DNA of 64,000 nucleotides, from NCBI GenBank assembly GCA_963837955.1, contig CAWIPH010000002.1:3968001-4032000 (forward strand). Reading direction: 5' to 3'. The DNA comes from an uncultured Verrucomicrobiae bacterium. Its GTDB lineage: Bacteria; Verrucomicrobiota; Verrucomicrobiia; Chthoniobacterales; JAFAMB01. The notes under the pieces are model-generated. The model searched no databases and was not told where the DNA came from. It saw only the letters and a program-made list of their open reading frames with translations. The translations under genes were made by a program, and so were the position numbers. The first letter of the stretch is position 1. Every line of letters begins with the position of its first letter. This document shows positions 8,699 to 17,902 of the stretch, piece after piece.

Positions 8699-10972
8699 CT
8701 GGATACCGATTTAACCATCCTTTCTGGTCTGCCCTCGCGACGCGAGCCCCTCCGAAAACCGATCATGGTTATCGGCCGGGCGGCGGAAGCAGATATCATT
8801 TTAAATCATCCGGAGATATCCCGCCGTCATTGCCAACTGAGTCTGGAAACCAATTCGTGGGCAATTGAAGATCTCGGCAGCCAGCGTGGAACCATGGTCA
8901 ACAATGTCCGAATTTCCGCTAAGACTCCGTTGAAATTGGGAGATCAAATCGTTCTTGGACCGGTCACTTTAGGATTTGGCCAGAGCATCGGGCCTGATCC
9001 AAACGCCAGCGAGCCGCTCGGGATCCCAGGGACGATCATTTTCCGGAAACGAGTGGTCCAGAACGTGCCGCTTTTGGATCGACTGGTCTTCGGTCGTAGT
9101 CCGGAGGTCGATGTGCAGCTTAATGATCCGATTGTATCTCGTCGCCATGCCGAAATTGAAGAAGGCTCCAATGGATTCCGGGTGGTAGACCTGCACAGCC
9201 GGGCTGGCTCATTCGTAAACGGGCGCCGGTTTGACGAGCATCAACTAGTCATCGGTGACCAGCTGCAGCTGGGTCCATTTTACTTCGTTTTCAGCGGAAA
9301 TGAGCTCCAGCGCATCCAGAGAGTGTCAGCCGGGAAGATGGTCGCGGCGAACCTCAACCGCAAAGCGGGTTCTATTTTAATTTTGCAAGATGCTTCTTTG
9401 GTCGTTGAGCCAGGCCAATTCATCGGGATCCTAGGTCCTAGCGGCTCGGGGAAATCGACATTGCTCAATGCCTTAAGTGGATTGCGGCCGGCAGACACGG
9501 GTCGGGTTCTGGTCGATGACACTGATTTCTATTCGAACCTCAACCAGCTTCGGCAGCTTTTCGGATACGTTCCGCAAGACGACATCGTACATGGCGAACT
9601 GACGGTAAGGGAGGCGCTCACTTTCAGTGCGAGACTGCGTCTGCCAGCTGGCACCCCGCGCCGCGAAATCGAAACGCTGGTGAAGCAGATGACGAATAAT
9701 CTCGGGCTCGCGGAGCGGGAGAACCTGCGAATCGCGCTTTTATCCGGCGGGCAACGCAAGAGAGTCAGTGTTGGCGTTGAGTTGCTCCGGCGTCCTCCTC
9801 TCATCTTCTTGGATGAACCAACCTCCGGACTAGACCCGTTTGCGGAGTTCAAGCTGATGGAGTTGCTTCGCCGGCTCGCCGACACAGGTTGCACGGTAAT
9901 CTGCACCACGCACGTCATGGAGAACGTTTACTTGATGGACCAGATTGCGGTGCTCAGCGCCGGCCGAGTCGTCTTTCAGGGGCCCCCGGAGAGCGCACGC
10001 ACCCGCTTCGGCGTCGCGCGATTAAGTGGCTTGTACGATGCTTTGCAAACGATCGATCCTCAACTTTTGCGAAGCGTGCCCCCACCCGCTTTACCGGATC
10101 GCTTGGAAGCCCCTGAAAAGAAAATTCCGGTAGCGAAAACAAAGCAAGCGTTCGCGCTGCCGATCTTGTTGCACCGCCAATTCACCATCTTTCGCTCTGA
10201 TCTGAAGAACTTGCTTATCGCGATCGGGCAACCCTTGATCATTGGGATTCTTGTCTGCTGGGTGAGTTCCAACCCGCCGTTGGCTCAGTTCTTCGCCTAT
10301 ATAGCGACCCTTTGGTTCGGGTGCAGCAATGCGGCGCAAGAGATCGTGAGAGAGGTTCCGATTTACCGCCGAGAGCGACTGGTCGGCTTGAGCCGGTGGG
10401 GTTATCTCCTGAGCAAATTTCTTTGGATGGGCACGCTGACGAATATCCAAAGCCTGATTCTTTATGCGTGCATCGTTATGGCCGGACGTACGTGGCCGCC
10501 AGCCATCGGATGGCAACTCCTTGGTCTTTTCCTTCTCGGGTATGCGGCCACCGGTATCGGTCTAGCTATTTCCTCGCTGGCGCGCTCCGCGCTGCAAGCG
10601 GTGATGTTGGTACCTCTGGTCTTAATTCCGCAGATCCTGTTTTCCGGATATTCGGTTCGGACTGTGGATATGGGCCCGCCGGTTCTCCTCGTTAGTCAGA
10701 TCATGCCCAGTTTTGCGGCCCAAAGGATCGGCGACGCGAGTTCATTGCTCGGTCGAACGATCGATGGCGATCTGATTAAGGATGACAATTATTATGTCTC
10801 TTACACGAACATGAACCAATGGCATCGAAGTGCCGAAGGGAAGCGCTTAGGCACCGGGGATAAGTTGTTGAACCCGCGTCCGATCTTCGTCGGCTATCTT
10901 TCGCTGATCCTCTGGACAATAGCAGGGTTCTTCGCCTCCTACTTTGCGCTCGCGCGCAAGGAACGAGATTAG
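8699..10972 (+). CDS. Tandem-FHA ABC transporter (FHA-FHA-ATPase-ABC2 membrane; Rv1747-like architecture); start uncertain (8699-8765)
   Basis: Two FHA motifs (GR...SRRH...S..G..VN), Walker A GPSGSGKS, LSGGQRKR, FLDEPTSGLD, C-terminal TM helices. Confidence 0.9.
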   Translation: MDTDLTILSGLPSRREPLRKPIMVIGRAAEADIILNHPEISRRHCQLSLETNSWAIEDLGSQRGTMVNNVRISAKTPLKLGDQIVLGPVTLGFGQSIGPDPNASEPLGIPGTIIFRKRVVQNVPLLDRLVFGRSPEVDVQLNDPIVSRRHAEIEEGSNGFRVVDLHSRAGSFVNGRRFDEHQLVIGDQLQLGPFYFVFSGNELQRIQRVSAGKMVAANLNRKAGSILILQDASLVVEPGQFIGILGPSGSGKSTLLNALSGLRPADTGRVLVDDTDFYSNLNQLRQLFGYVPQDDIVHGELTVREALTFSARLRLPAGTPRREIETLVKQMTNNLGLAERENLRIALLSGGQRKRVSVGVELLRRPPLIFLDEPTSGLDPFAEFKLMELLRRLADTGCTVICTTHVMENVYLMDQIAVLSAGRVVFQGPPESARTRFGVARLSGLYDALQTIDPQLLRSVPPPALPDRLEAPEKKIPVAKTKQAFALPILLHRQFTIFRSDLKNLLIAIGQPLIIGILVCWVSSNPPLAQFFAYIATLWFGCSNAAQEIVREVPIYRRERLVGLSRWGYLLSKFLWMGTLTNIQSLILYACIVMAGRTWPPAIGWQLLGLFLLGYAATGIGLAISSLARSALQAVMLVPLVLIPQILFSGYSVRTVDMGPPVLLVSQIMPSFAAQRIGDASSLLGRTIDGDLIKDDNYYVSYTNMNQWHRSAEGKRLGTGDKLLNPRPIFVGYLSLILWTIAGFFASYFALARKERD

Positions 10973-11025
10973 CAACGAACGTCAGCGAACGTCAACGAAC
11001 GCTGGTGTTCACTGACGTTCGCTGC
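10972..11025. terminator. Hairpin built from 10-bp AACGTCA(A/G)CG repeats between convergent genes; possible bidirectional terminator
   Basis: gcaacgaacgtcagcgaac pairs with gttcactgacgttcgctgc (2 mismatches). Confidence 0.55.
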
Positions 11026-11940
11026 TCACCCCAGCCCTTCCAGGCCGTATACGCGAACCAACTGACTTTTTCCTTTCAGCTGGAATTCGCCGAAGTCGGT
11101 CAGATTTCTTCCCTCCGGTAAGACCGTGGTAAAATCCTGCGACATTATCAAATTCTGGTTGAGCAATTTCATAACGCTCTCAAGGCGAAAAGCGGTGTTT
11201 ACTGCGTCACCAATGATGGTGGCGTCACGGACAGCGACCTGCCCGATATTGCTACTGGTTACTCGCCCAAAATGAAGAGCGATTCCGACACGAAATACTT
11301 GGTCGGGCTCTCCCCAGGTTCTGTTCGCGGCGAGTTGCAGAATTGCCAATGCAGAGTCAAGACAAATCGCCGACTCCGTTCCTTCTTGGTCGCGAGCCGG
11401 CCAATAAGCCAGGACAGCGTCTCCAATATATTTGTCAATGATCCCGCCAGCAGATTGCACGACGTTTCCGGTATCGCGGAACCAATTCCCGAGCAGCTGG
11501 GCAATTCTTTGTTCGCCGAGTTTTTCGGCCATTGGGGTAAACCCCCGAATATCACAAACCAAAATGGCGACCGAAAGTACGGCATGACTTCCGTCGTTGC
11601 TTAGCGCTGCCAACGTCGCGTCAACGTGCTCCCCTTCCTCCTCCCCCGTATCCTGATCAAACACGAGTTCGTAATCTGCAATCCGAATTCTAGAACCGGT
11701 CTCCAGAGTGACCGGCATGATGACTCGCTGGTCGTTTACGAACGTCCCATTCCGACTTCCCAGATCCATAATCTGGTACTGGTAAGCATTGTGGCAACGA
11801 ACAATGGCGTGCTGGCGGGAAACATGATTTCCAGGCAACGGTACCGTATTATCTACCGTACGACCGAGCGTAGCGGTGTTGGCTATCGTCTTATCGAATG
11901 GCTCACCGAATGGCGGATAAACACGGAGCTTGGCCGACAT
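11026..11940 (-). CDS. FHA domain + class III adenylate/guanylate cyclase
   Basis: FHA (GR..VSRQH..SRNGTFVN); cyclase CDIRGFT, KYIGDA, DATIIGDAVNTAFRLE (K/D pair suggests ATP specificity). Confidence 0.92.
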   Translation of the reverse strand: MSAKLRVYPPFGEPFDKTIANTATLGRTVDNTVPLPGNHVSRQHAIVRCHNAYQYQIMDLGSRNGTFVNDQRVIMPVTLETGSRIRIADYELVFDQDTGEEEGEHVDATLAALSNDGSHAVLSVAILVCDIRGFTPMAEKLGEQRIAQLLGNWFRDTGNVVQSAGGIIDKYIGDAVLAYWPARDQEGTESAICLDSALAILQLAANRTWGEPDQVFRVGIALHFGRVTSSNIGQVAVRDATIIGDAVNTAFRLESVMKLLNQNLIMSQDFTTVLPEGRNLTDFGEFQLKGKSQLVRVYGLEGLG

Positions 11941-12043
11941 CGTCGTGGATACTCCAGTTGTTAAGATGGCATGAGCGATAAAGGTTGGCTAGTCTCCTCT
12001 AGGGCGCCAAAGCTCAGGCTTAGCAATTGCCCAACCGGCATGG

Positions 12044-12208
12044 TTAGTGGAGCAAACTGTTTGAGAATGAATTGCTGGCCCAATGAGAAAGGAAAGTCAT
12101 CAAAAGCAAGAATAGTCCAACCAGAACCGCAGCCATCCCAAGACCGGCAAGTCCAATTTTTAAATCTCTTTGGGAAAATTTTTCCGGTGAGTGTTCCGAA
12201 TTCTTCAT
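12044..12208 (-). CDS. Small single-pass membrane protein, hypothetical
   Basis: 54-aa ORF with one hydrophobic helix; no family recognised. Confidence 0.4.
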   Translation of the reverse strand: MKNSEHSPEKFSQRDLKIGLAGLGMAAVLVGLFLLLMTFLSHWASNSFSNSLLH

Positions 12209-12339
12209 CGTCAGTCGCTTGAATTCCAGCAAGACCCCTATTTTGGCGCCCGAGTGGAAAGCCAAGGCTGCGTCAATTGGCGATAAGATTCAAGGGCCGA
12301 TGTGCGTTTCTCTCCTACTAAAAAACTATTGAGCCAGGG

Positions 12340-12367
12340 TTGACGGATCGAGAATCTCATTTAGTAT
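12340..12367 (+). promoter_or_regulatory. Putative sigma70 promoter for the riboswitch leader
   Basis: TTGACG-N16-TAGTAT, 7 nt before riboswitch P1. Confidence 0.5.
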
Positions 12368-12374
12368 CAGCCAA

Positions 12375-12488
12375 TTCCATCAAGAGTGGCGGAGGGACTG
12401 GCCCTACGATGCCACGGCAACCGGTCCGGCGAAAGCTGGACGACCAGGTGCCAATTCCAGGTCCGGAAAAAGCCGGATAGAGATGGAG
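12375..12488 (+). ncRNA. SAM-I (S-box) riboswitch
   Basis: ttccATCAAGAGtggcgGAGGGActgGCCCtacgatgccacGGCAACC...GGTGCCAATTCC...GATGgag consensus. Confidence 0.95.
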
Positions 12489-12551
12489 AGAGCGTGTTAG
12501 AACAGTCGAACTCGCGACTCTTGGTGGGAAGTAAGCAAATATTTCCTTATC

Positions 12552-13805
12552 ATGCATCAGTCACCGTTTTTCTCGCACCTGCAATGTCGTGAATGTGGTC
12601 GCCAGTACGCCAAGGATGCTATCCACGTGTGCGAATTCGATTTTGGGCCGCTGGAAGCAGCCTATGATTACGACGCGATCGTTAAATACATTTCCCGCGA
12701 CCGAATCAGCGCCCGGCCCCGATCGATGTGGCGCTACCGTGAATTGCTCCCCATCGAAGCGGAGCCGACGGTCGGTCAGCACACGGGGTTCACGCCTCTC
12801 ATTCGGGCGCAGCGGCTGGCCAAGCACCTTGGGGTGAGTGAACTGTACATAAAGAACGATGCTGTTAATTACCCGACCTTGTCCTTTAAGGATCGGGTCG
12901 TCTCTGTCGCCCTAAGCCGAGCGAAAGAGCTGGGTATCCAGACGGTGGCGTGTGCTTCCACAGGCAATCTGGCGAACTCGGTGGCAGCCAACGCGGCCGC
13001 GGCCGGGCTGCGCAGTTTCGTGTTGATACCCGCCGATTTGGAACGCAGCAAAATCTTAAATTCTTTGGTTTTCGGAACTAATGTCGTGGCCATCGAAGGA
13101 TCTTATGACCAGGTCAATCGACTTTGTTCCGAAATCGCCGGTAACTACGGCTGGGGCTTTGTAAACGTTAATTTGCGGCCTTATTACGCGGAAGGCTCGA
13201 AAACGCTAGGCTTTGAGATCGCCGAACAACTCGGCTGGCGTCTGCCGCGCCACACCGTCATTCCAATGGCGAGCGGCTCCCTCCTGACCAAGGTCCATAA
13301 GGCATATCGGGAGTTCACCAAAGTCGGACTAGTCGACTCGGCGGACTTCAGCATCTACGGTGCTCAAGCCACCGGATGCTCACCGATCAGCACGGCGATT
13401 AAGAACAACACCGACACCGTTCGGCCTGTGCCCAAACCGCAAACTATCGCTAAATCGCTTTCCATTGGCACGCCCGCCGATGGGTACTACGCCATCCGAA
13501 CGATGCAGGAGACCGGCGGCACCGCGGAAGATAGTACCGACGCAGAAATTGTGGACGCGATCCGTTTGCTCGCGGAAACCGAGGGGATCTTCGCGGAAAC
13601 TGCCGGAGGTGTGACGCTGGCTTGCGCTAAAAAGTTGATCGAAAGCGGTCGAATTCCGCGCAACGAAAGCATCGTCCTTTGCATCACAGGCCATGGATTG
13701 AAAACGCAGGAAGCAATCGCCGAAGAGGTTGGTCAAGCAGCCGTAATTCGTCCCTCGATCAAGGAATTTGAAGCACTTTTGGACCAACCCGTTACAACCA
13801 AATAA
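12552..13805 (+). CDS. thrC: Threonine synthase-like PLP enzyme (fold II)
   Basis: N-terminal CxxC..C, PTLSFKDR (PLP Lys), CASTGNLA, EGSKT, ITGHGLKT. Confidence 0.85.
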   Translation: MHQSPFFSHLQCRECGRQYAKDAIHVCEFDFGPLEAAYDYDAIVKYISRDRISARPRSMWRYRELLPIEAEPTVGQHTGFTPLIRAQRLAKHLGVSELYIKNDAVNYPTLSFKDRVVSVALSRAKELGIQTVACASTGNLANSVAANAAAAGLRSFVLIPADLERSKILNSLVFGTNVVAIEGSYDQVNRLCSEIAGNYGWGFVNVNLRPYYAEGSKTLGFEIAEQLGWRLPRHTVIPMASGSLLTKVHKAYREFTKVGLVDSADFSIYGAQATGCSPISTAIKNNTDTVRPVPKPQTIAKSLSIGTPADGYYAIRTMQETGGTAEDSTDAEIVDAIRLLAETEGIFAETAGGVTLACAKKLIESGRIPRNESIVLCITGHGLKTQEAIAEEVGQAAVIRPSIKEFEALLDQPVTTK

Positions 13806-13810
13806 TTTTT

Positions 13811-14086
13811 ATGTCAGTACCAGTCCGTATCCCGACTCCACTCCGCAAATTGACCCAGAACCAGGAAATTGTTCAGGTTGAAGGCATCACTATCAGGGAT
13901 GTTATCAACAATCTGGAGCATAGTTACCCAGGCCTCAAAGAACGTATTTGCGACGACCAAAACAATATTCGCCGTTTCGTGAATGTATTCGTGAACGACG
14001 AAGATATTCGGTTTCTGCAAGATGCCGAGACGACCATAAAGCCAGGAGATGAGGTGAGCATCGTTCCGGCCATCGCCGGTGGCTAG
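13811..14086 (+). CDS. MoaD/ThiS/CysO-family ubiquitin-like sulfur carrier
   Basis: VRIPTPLR, RFVNVFVNDEDIRFL, C-terminal PAIAGG. Confidence 0.92.
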   Translation: MSVPVRIPTPLRKLTQNQEIVQVEGITIRDVINNLEHSYPGLKERICDDQNNIRRFVNVFVNDEDIRFLQDAETTIKPGDEVSIVPAIAGG

Positions 14087-14121
14087 ACCTTGTTCTTTCC
14101 TGGAAATTCTCGTCTCTTGCT

Positions 14122-14155
14122 TCCGCCGACCCGCCAGGCTGGCTATGGCGGACAG
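14122..14155 (+). mobile_element. Short degenerate copy of the mini-element
   Basis: tccgcc...ggctatggcggacag inside a ctcgtc/gacgag inverted pair. Confidence 0.45.
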
Positions 14156-14279
14156 ACGAGGTCGTTGGACTTTCGGGGGTCACCGAGAATGAGAGTGGCT
14201 AAGGCTCTTTGTCATTTGCTATGCTATTCGGTGTGGACGAACGGCAATTGACTATCTCTCTCGATGAGATCTTAACTTG

Positions 14280-15245
14280 ATGAAGAGGATCTATCTTCCT
14301 GTACTAGCAATAGCCCTCTTTCATCAGGCTCTCCTCTCGATCGCCAGCGCTCAAAAAAACACCGCATCGCTTGTTCGCGCCGGAAACTTTTTATTCGCTC
14401 CCGTTTCGATCAATAACGGTGCACCGACTTGGTGGCTGTTGGATACCGGCGCGTCGTCGTCAGAAATCGACGTTGATGCGGCAAAATCGCTGCACCTGTT
14501 GCGCGATTCGACTAAGGCTCGGGAATTAGCCGAAGACCCAGGTTCGGCGGAACAGACAACCATCTCGGTGGACAGTCTTGAAGTTGGAAGTTTTTCTACC
14601 GGTGAAGCGAGATTACTCGCCAGGACGTTGACTGAGTTGAACCGCGGCTCGCTGCCGGTGGGCTGGTCCGGCGAATTCAACCGCAATGGGATGATCGGCA
14701 TGGATCTCTTATTGCGCCAAAACGCGATTGTCGATTGGTCAATGCAGCAAATCATTTTGGCACCGACCAACATCCCAGGCAGGACGCGAGCAACGTACGA
14801 ACGCGAAGGGTTCACCTATATTCCTTTGTCCGTCACCCCAGAAAATCATCTGGAAGTTATCGGAAGGCTCGGCAATTCCGAATACCGCTTTTACATCGAC
14901 ACAGGAAATCCGAAGACGCTCTTAAAACAATCTGTGGTTGAAGCGGAAAAGCTGCCATCCGAAGTGACCCAAGCTGAAGTTCGCAGTCCTCTCCATGATT
15001 TTGCCAACGCCAGGGTTAGCTCTGTAACCGCAAATGGCCTGCGACTTGGTGGTTTTGATTTAGGGGGACAGAAAGTCCATAGCGCCAGTTTCAACTTGTC
15101 AGATTCGGAGGGTGGGCCGTCCTGGGCCGGACTGATTGGAGCCGACATTCTCTGGTCATACGACGCCGTTCTTGACGTCGGGAAGAGAGCGCTTTACCTG
15201 CGCGCTAAACCTTCGGTCAGGAACGACTTTCCTACAGTCCATTAG
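14280..15245 (+). CDS. Secreted two-domain retropepsin-like aspartic protease
   Basis: Signal peptide; LLDTGA..GMIGMD and YIDTGN..GLIGAD motifs. Confidence 0.85.
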   Translation: MKRIYLPVLAIALFHQALLSIASAQKNTASLVRAGNFLFAPVSINNGAPTWWLLDTGASSSEIDVDAAKSLHLLRDSTKARELAEDPGSAEQTTISVDSLEVGSFSTGEARLLARTLTELNRGSLPVGWSGEFNRNGMIGMDLLLRQNAIVDWSMQQIILAPTNIPGRTRATYEREGFTYIPLSVTPENHLEVIGRLGNSEYRFYIDTGNPKTLLKQSVVEAEKLPSEVTQAEVRSPLHDFANARVSSVTANGLRLGGFDLGGQKVHSASFNLSDSEGGPSWAGLIGADILWSYDAVLDVGKRALYLRAKPSVRNDFPTVH

Positions 15246-15291
15246 ATTTTGTCCTGGTTTCGAGGACAAAGAATGACGAAGAGGGCCAATC

Positions 15292-17769
15292 TTACAGATT
15301 CGTCGGATCCGATCCGAGATCGACATGTTCTGGGGGCGGCAAGTCCACTTTCGGGGGAGTCGCTTGCCGATCCAAGGGTCCGACCGGTTCTGCCCGGCGC
15401 ACTTCCGGCGTCGCAGCGGTCACGGGCAATGCTTTCGGCGCGGGGGTAAGCGTCGGACCGGCCTGAGCAATTTGCGGATTATCCTTTCGCGGCTTGGCCG
15501 CATCGTACGGATCGTTGCCGACAAGAGCCGGACCCTGCATCGTGACCGGCGGGAACTGAGCAACGTCCGTCGCGGTTGTGGCGCGCGGAATGTCCTGATT
15601 CCTCAACGTTTTAACAAACGAGCGGTTGTCGTCGCCATGCATCCAACAATGTTCTTTCGGCATTTGCTTTGCTGTGGCGAATTCAAAAAATGTTCCTTTG
15701 CGGGCAGGGAGATCCGGATCGTTCGAAACCGTGGAAAGCAACGAACACTTCGGTGCTGCGGGTAAACCTGTATTCAAACAAACCTCCACCCGCTTCAAAT
15801 CAATTGGGCGCCCCAGATCTCGTGGAGGGGTCTTGACCACCGAAGCGTTCATGATGGCCGTCCAAATCGGTAAAGCGATGTCATTCGCGAAAGCTCCGCG
15901 ATAGATGGTTTGCGGCCGGTCAAAACCAGCCCAGACTCCGCAAGTGATCTCGCTGTCGTACCCGAGAAACCAAGTATCGGTAAAGTTGTAGGCGGTACCT
16001 GTCTTGCCGGCGGCCGGGAAATTTTTCAAACCGTACGATTTCTGCGCTTTTGCGCCAGTCCCCGAGGTCAGCGCATCGGTCAGGAATGAGTGCACTTCGT
16101 ACGCGACACCTGGATCCAGCACGTTTTCTCGTTTGGGCTGAGCCCGAAATACCTCTTTCCCACTCTGCGTTTCAATTCGATTGACCAAAAACAGACTTTC
16201 CGGACGCGTCCCTCCGCCGGGGAACGTCGCGTAAGCTGTGACCATGTCTTCCAGGGTGACCTCGCTGCTGCCCAGGAAGGTAGCCGGGAATTGGCGCAAG
16301 TCTTCATCAATGCCGGCGTTTTTCGCAAGCTGGATTACCTTGTCGAGACCAGTTTCGATACCCAACCGGACTGTTGCCGCGTTTTTCGATTCAGCGAGCA
16401 CCTGCCGCAGTGGAATTGGTCCCTCATAGCGATTTTCGACTTGCTCCACTCCCCATTCACCCAGAATTCCGGTTGTGCCCCCGATCATCACCTGGCGATT
16501 GTCTAATGCCGAATCATCGGCCAAAGAGCCGGGAAAGATCCCTTTGCTAAAAGCAGCCGCGAAAACAAAAGGCGTAAACGCAGTTCCGGCCGGCCTTTTC
16601 GACTGGTAGATCCGGTTGTATTGACTCTGGCCGTAATCTCGGCCGCCTACCAACGCAACGATGCCACCCGTCCGGTTATCCACAGCCAGGACTGCGCCTT
16701 GTAGATAGTCAGGAGTCGGAGGATTGCCTCCTTCCTTGTGGCTCGCCTTCCAGGCCTTTAGCGTTTCTGAGTAATCGGTATAAGTTTGATGATGGTAATC
16801 GGTCCGATTCTCAACTTGGAGCAGCTGCTTTTTTACTGCCTCTTCGGCCGCCCGCTGGACGACCGGATCAATGGTCGTGTAGATCTTGTAGCCGCCACTC
16901 TCCAGAGATTCTAGATCGAGTTCTTCCTGGATCTGTTCGCGGACGTAGTCGATCAGATAAGACTGAAATACGACTTGGCCCTTCCGTCGAATATCTAGCG
17001 ATTTGCTAGCCTCCTCTTTGGCTTGCTGTTCAGTAATCTTGTGATTCTCCACCATTCTGCCCAGGACAAAATCCCGCTCGTTCATGGCAGCTTCTTTGCT
17101 CCGCCAGGGAGACAGATTGTTCGGACTCTTGAGCAGGCCTGCTAGCATCGCTGACTCGCCAATCGTCAAGTCTTTCGCCGACTTGCCAAAATAGCCGCGG
17201 GCAGCAGCTTCTGCCCCATAGAGACCGCCTCCGAAATAGACGCGATTCAGGTAATGCTCCATTATCTTGCTCTTGGGCAATGCCTTATCAACCCGCATGG
17301 CCAAGAACACTTCCAATATCTTCCGATCATACGTGCGATCTCGCAGATCAAACGCGTTCCGGGCAAGCTGCTGGGTTACAGTGCTTGCACCCTGCCGAAT
17401 ACGGCCGGCCTGAGTGTTCTTGAACGCGGCGCGAAACATACCCCAGAGGTCAACGCCGCTATGTTCATAGAATCGATTGTCTTCGGCAGAAATCACAGCA
17501 TTGACCAGATTCGGAGAGATCTGATCAAGGCTGACTGGCTCGCGATTTTGGATAAAAATTTTGCCGTAAACCTCCCCGTACCGATCGTAAACGACGCTGG
17601 CCGATTCGATTTCGTCCAACTTCTTTAAATCGAATTCGGCCGCCTTCCTTTCGTAGCGAACAATCACTCCAAAGTAAAAACAGGCCACGACAACGGAGAG
17701 CAATAAGACCAGACCGCCGGTTACAATGAACCAAATTCGTCGGTAAAATGGCTTTTCAGGTTCAGTCAT
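15292..17769 (-). CDS. Class A penicillin-binding protein (PBP1A family)
   Basis: TM anchor; TG motifs EDNRFYEH, GASTVTQQ, RKILE; TP-domain SKN and KTGT, but SxxK reads TAFT. Confidence 0.9.
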   Translation of the reverse strand: MTEPEKPFYRRIWFIVTGGLVLLLSVVVACFYFGVIVRYERKAAEFDLKKLDEIESASVVYDRYGEVYGKIFIQNREPVSLDQISPNLVNAVISAEDNRFYEHSGVDLWGMFRAAFKNTQAGRIRQGASTVTQQLARNAFDLRDRTYDRKILEVFLAMRVDKALPKSKIMEHYLNRVYFGGGLYGAEAAARGYFGKSAKDLTIGESAMLAGLLKSPNNLSPWRSKEAAMNERDFVLGRMVENHKITEQQAKEEASKSLDIRRKGQVVFQSYLIDYVREQIQEELDLESLESGGYKIYTTIDPVVQRAAEEAVKKQLLQVENRTDYHHQTYTDYSETLKAWKASHKEGGNPPTPDYLQGAVLAVDNRTGGIVALVGGRDYGQSQYNRIYQSKRPAGTAFTPFVFAAAFSKGIFPGSLADDSALDNRQVMIGGTTGILGEWGVEQVENRYEGPIPLRQVLAESKNAATVRLGIETGLDKVIQLAKNAGIDEDLRQFPATFLGSSEVTLEDMVTAYATFPGGGTRPESLFLVNRIETQSGKEVFRAQPKRENVLDPGVAYEVHSFLTDALTSGTGAKAQKSYGLKNFPAAGKTGTAYNFTDTWFLGYDSEITCGVWAGFDRPQTIYRGAFANDIALPIWTAIMNASVVKTPPRDLGRPIDLKRVEVCLNTGLPAAPKCSLLSTVSNDPDLPARKGTFFEFATAKQMPKEHCWMHGDDNRSFVKTLRNQDIPRATTATDVAQFPPVTMQGPALVGNDPYDAAKPRKDNPQIAQAGPTLTPAPKALPVTAATPEVRRAEPVGPLDRQATPPKVDLPPPEHVDLGSDPTNL

Positions 17770-17902
17770 ATGAGAGACGGGCCTGACAGCTTTCACCACC
17801 CTGGGGTTGGTTCAAATAAAAAAACTCGGGCCTGTAACGATAGGCTATTTTGTTTCCAGCCACGTTCTCGCCATATTTGGGATAGTGCACTAGAGGAGAT
17901 AG

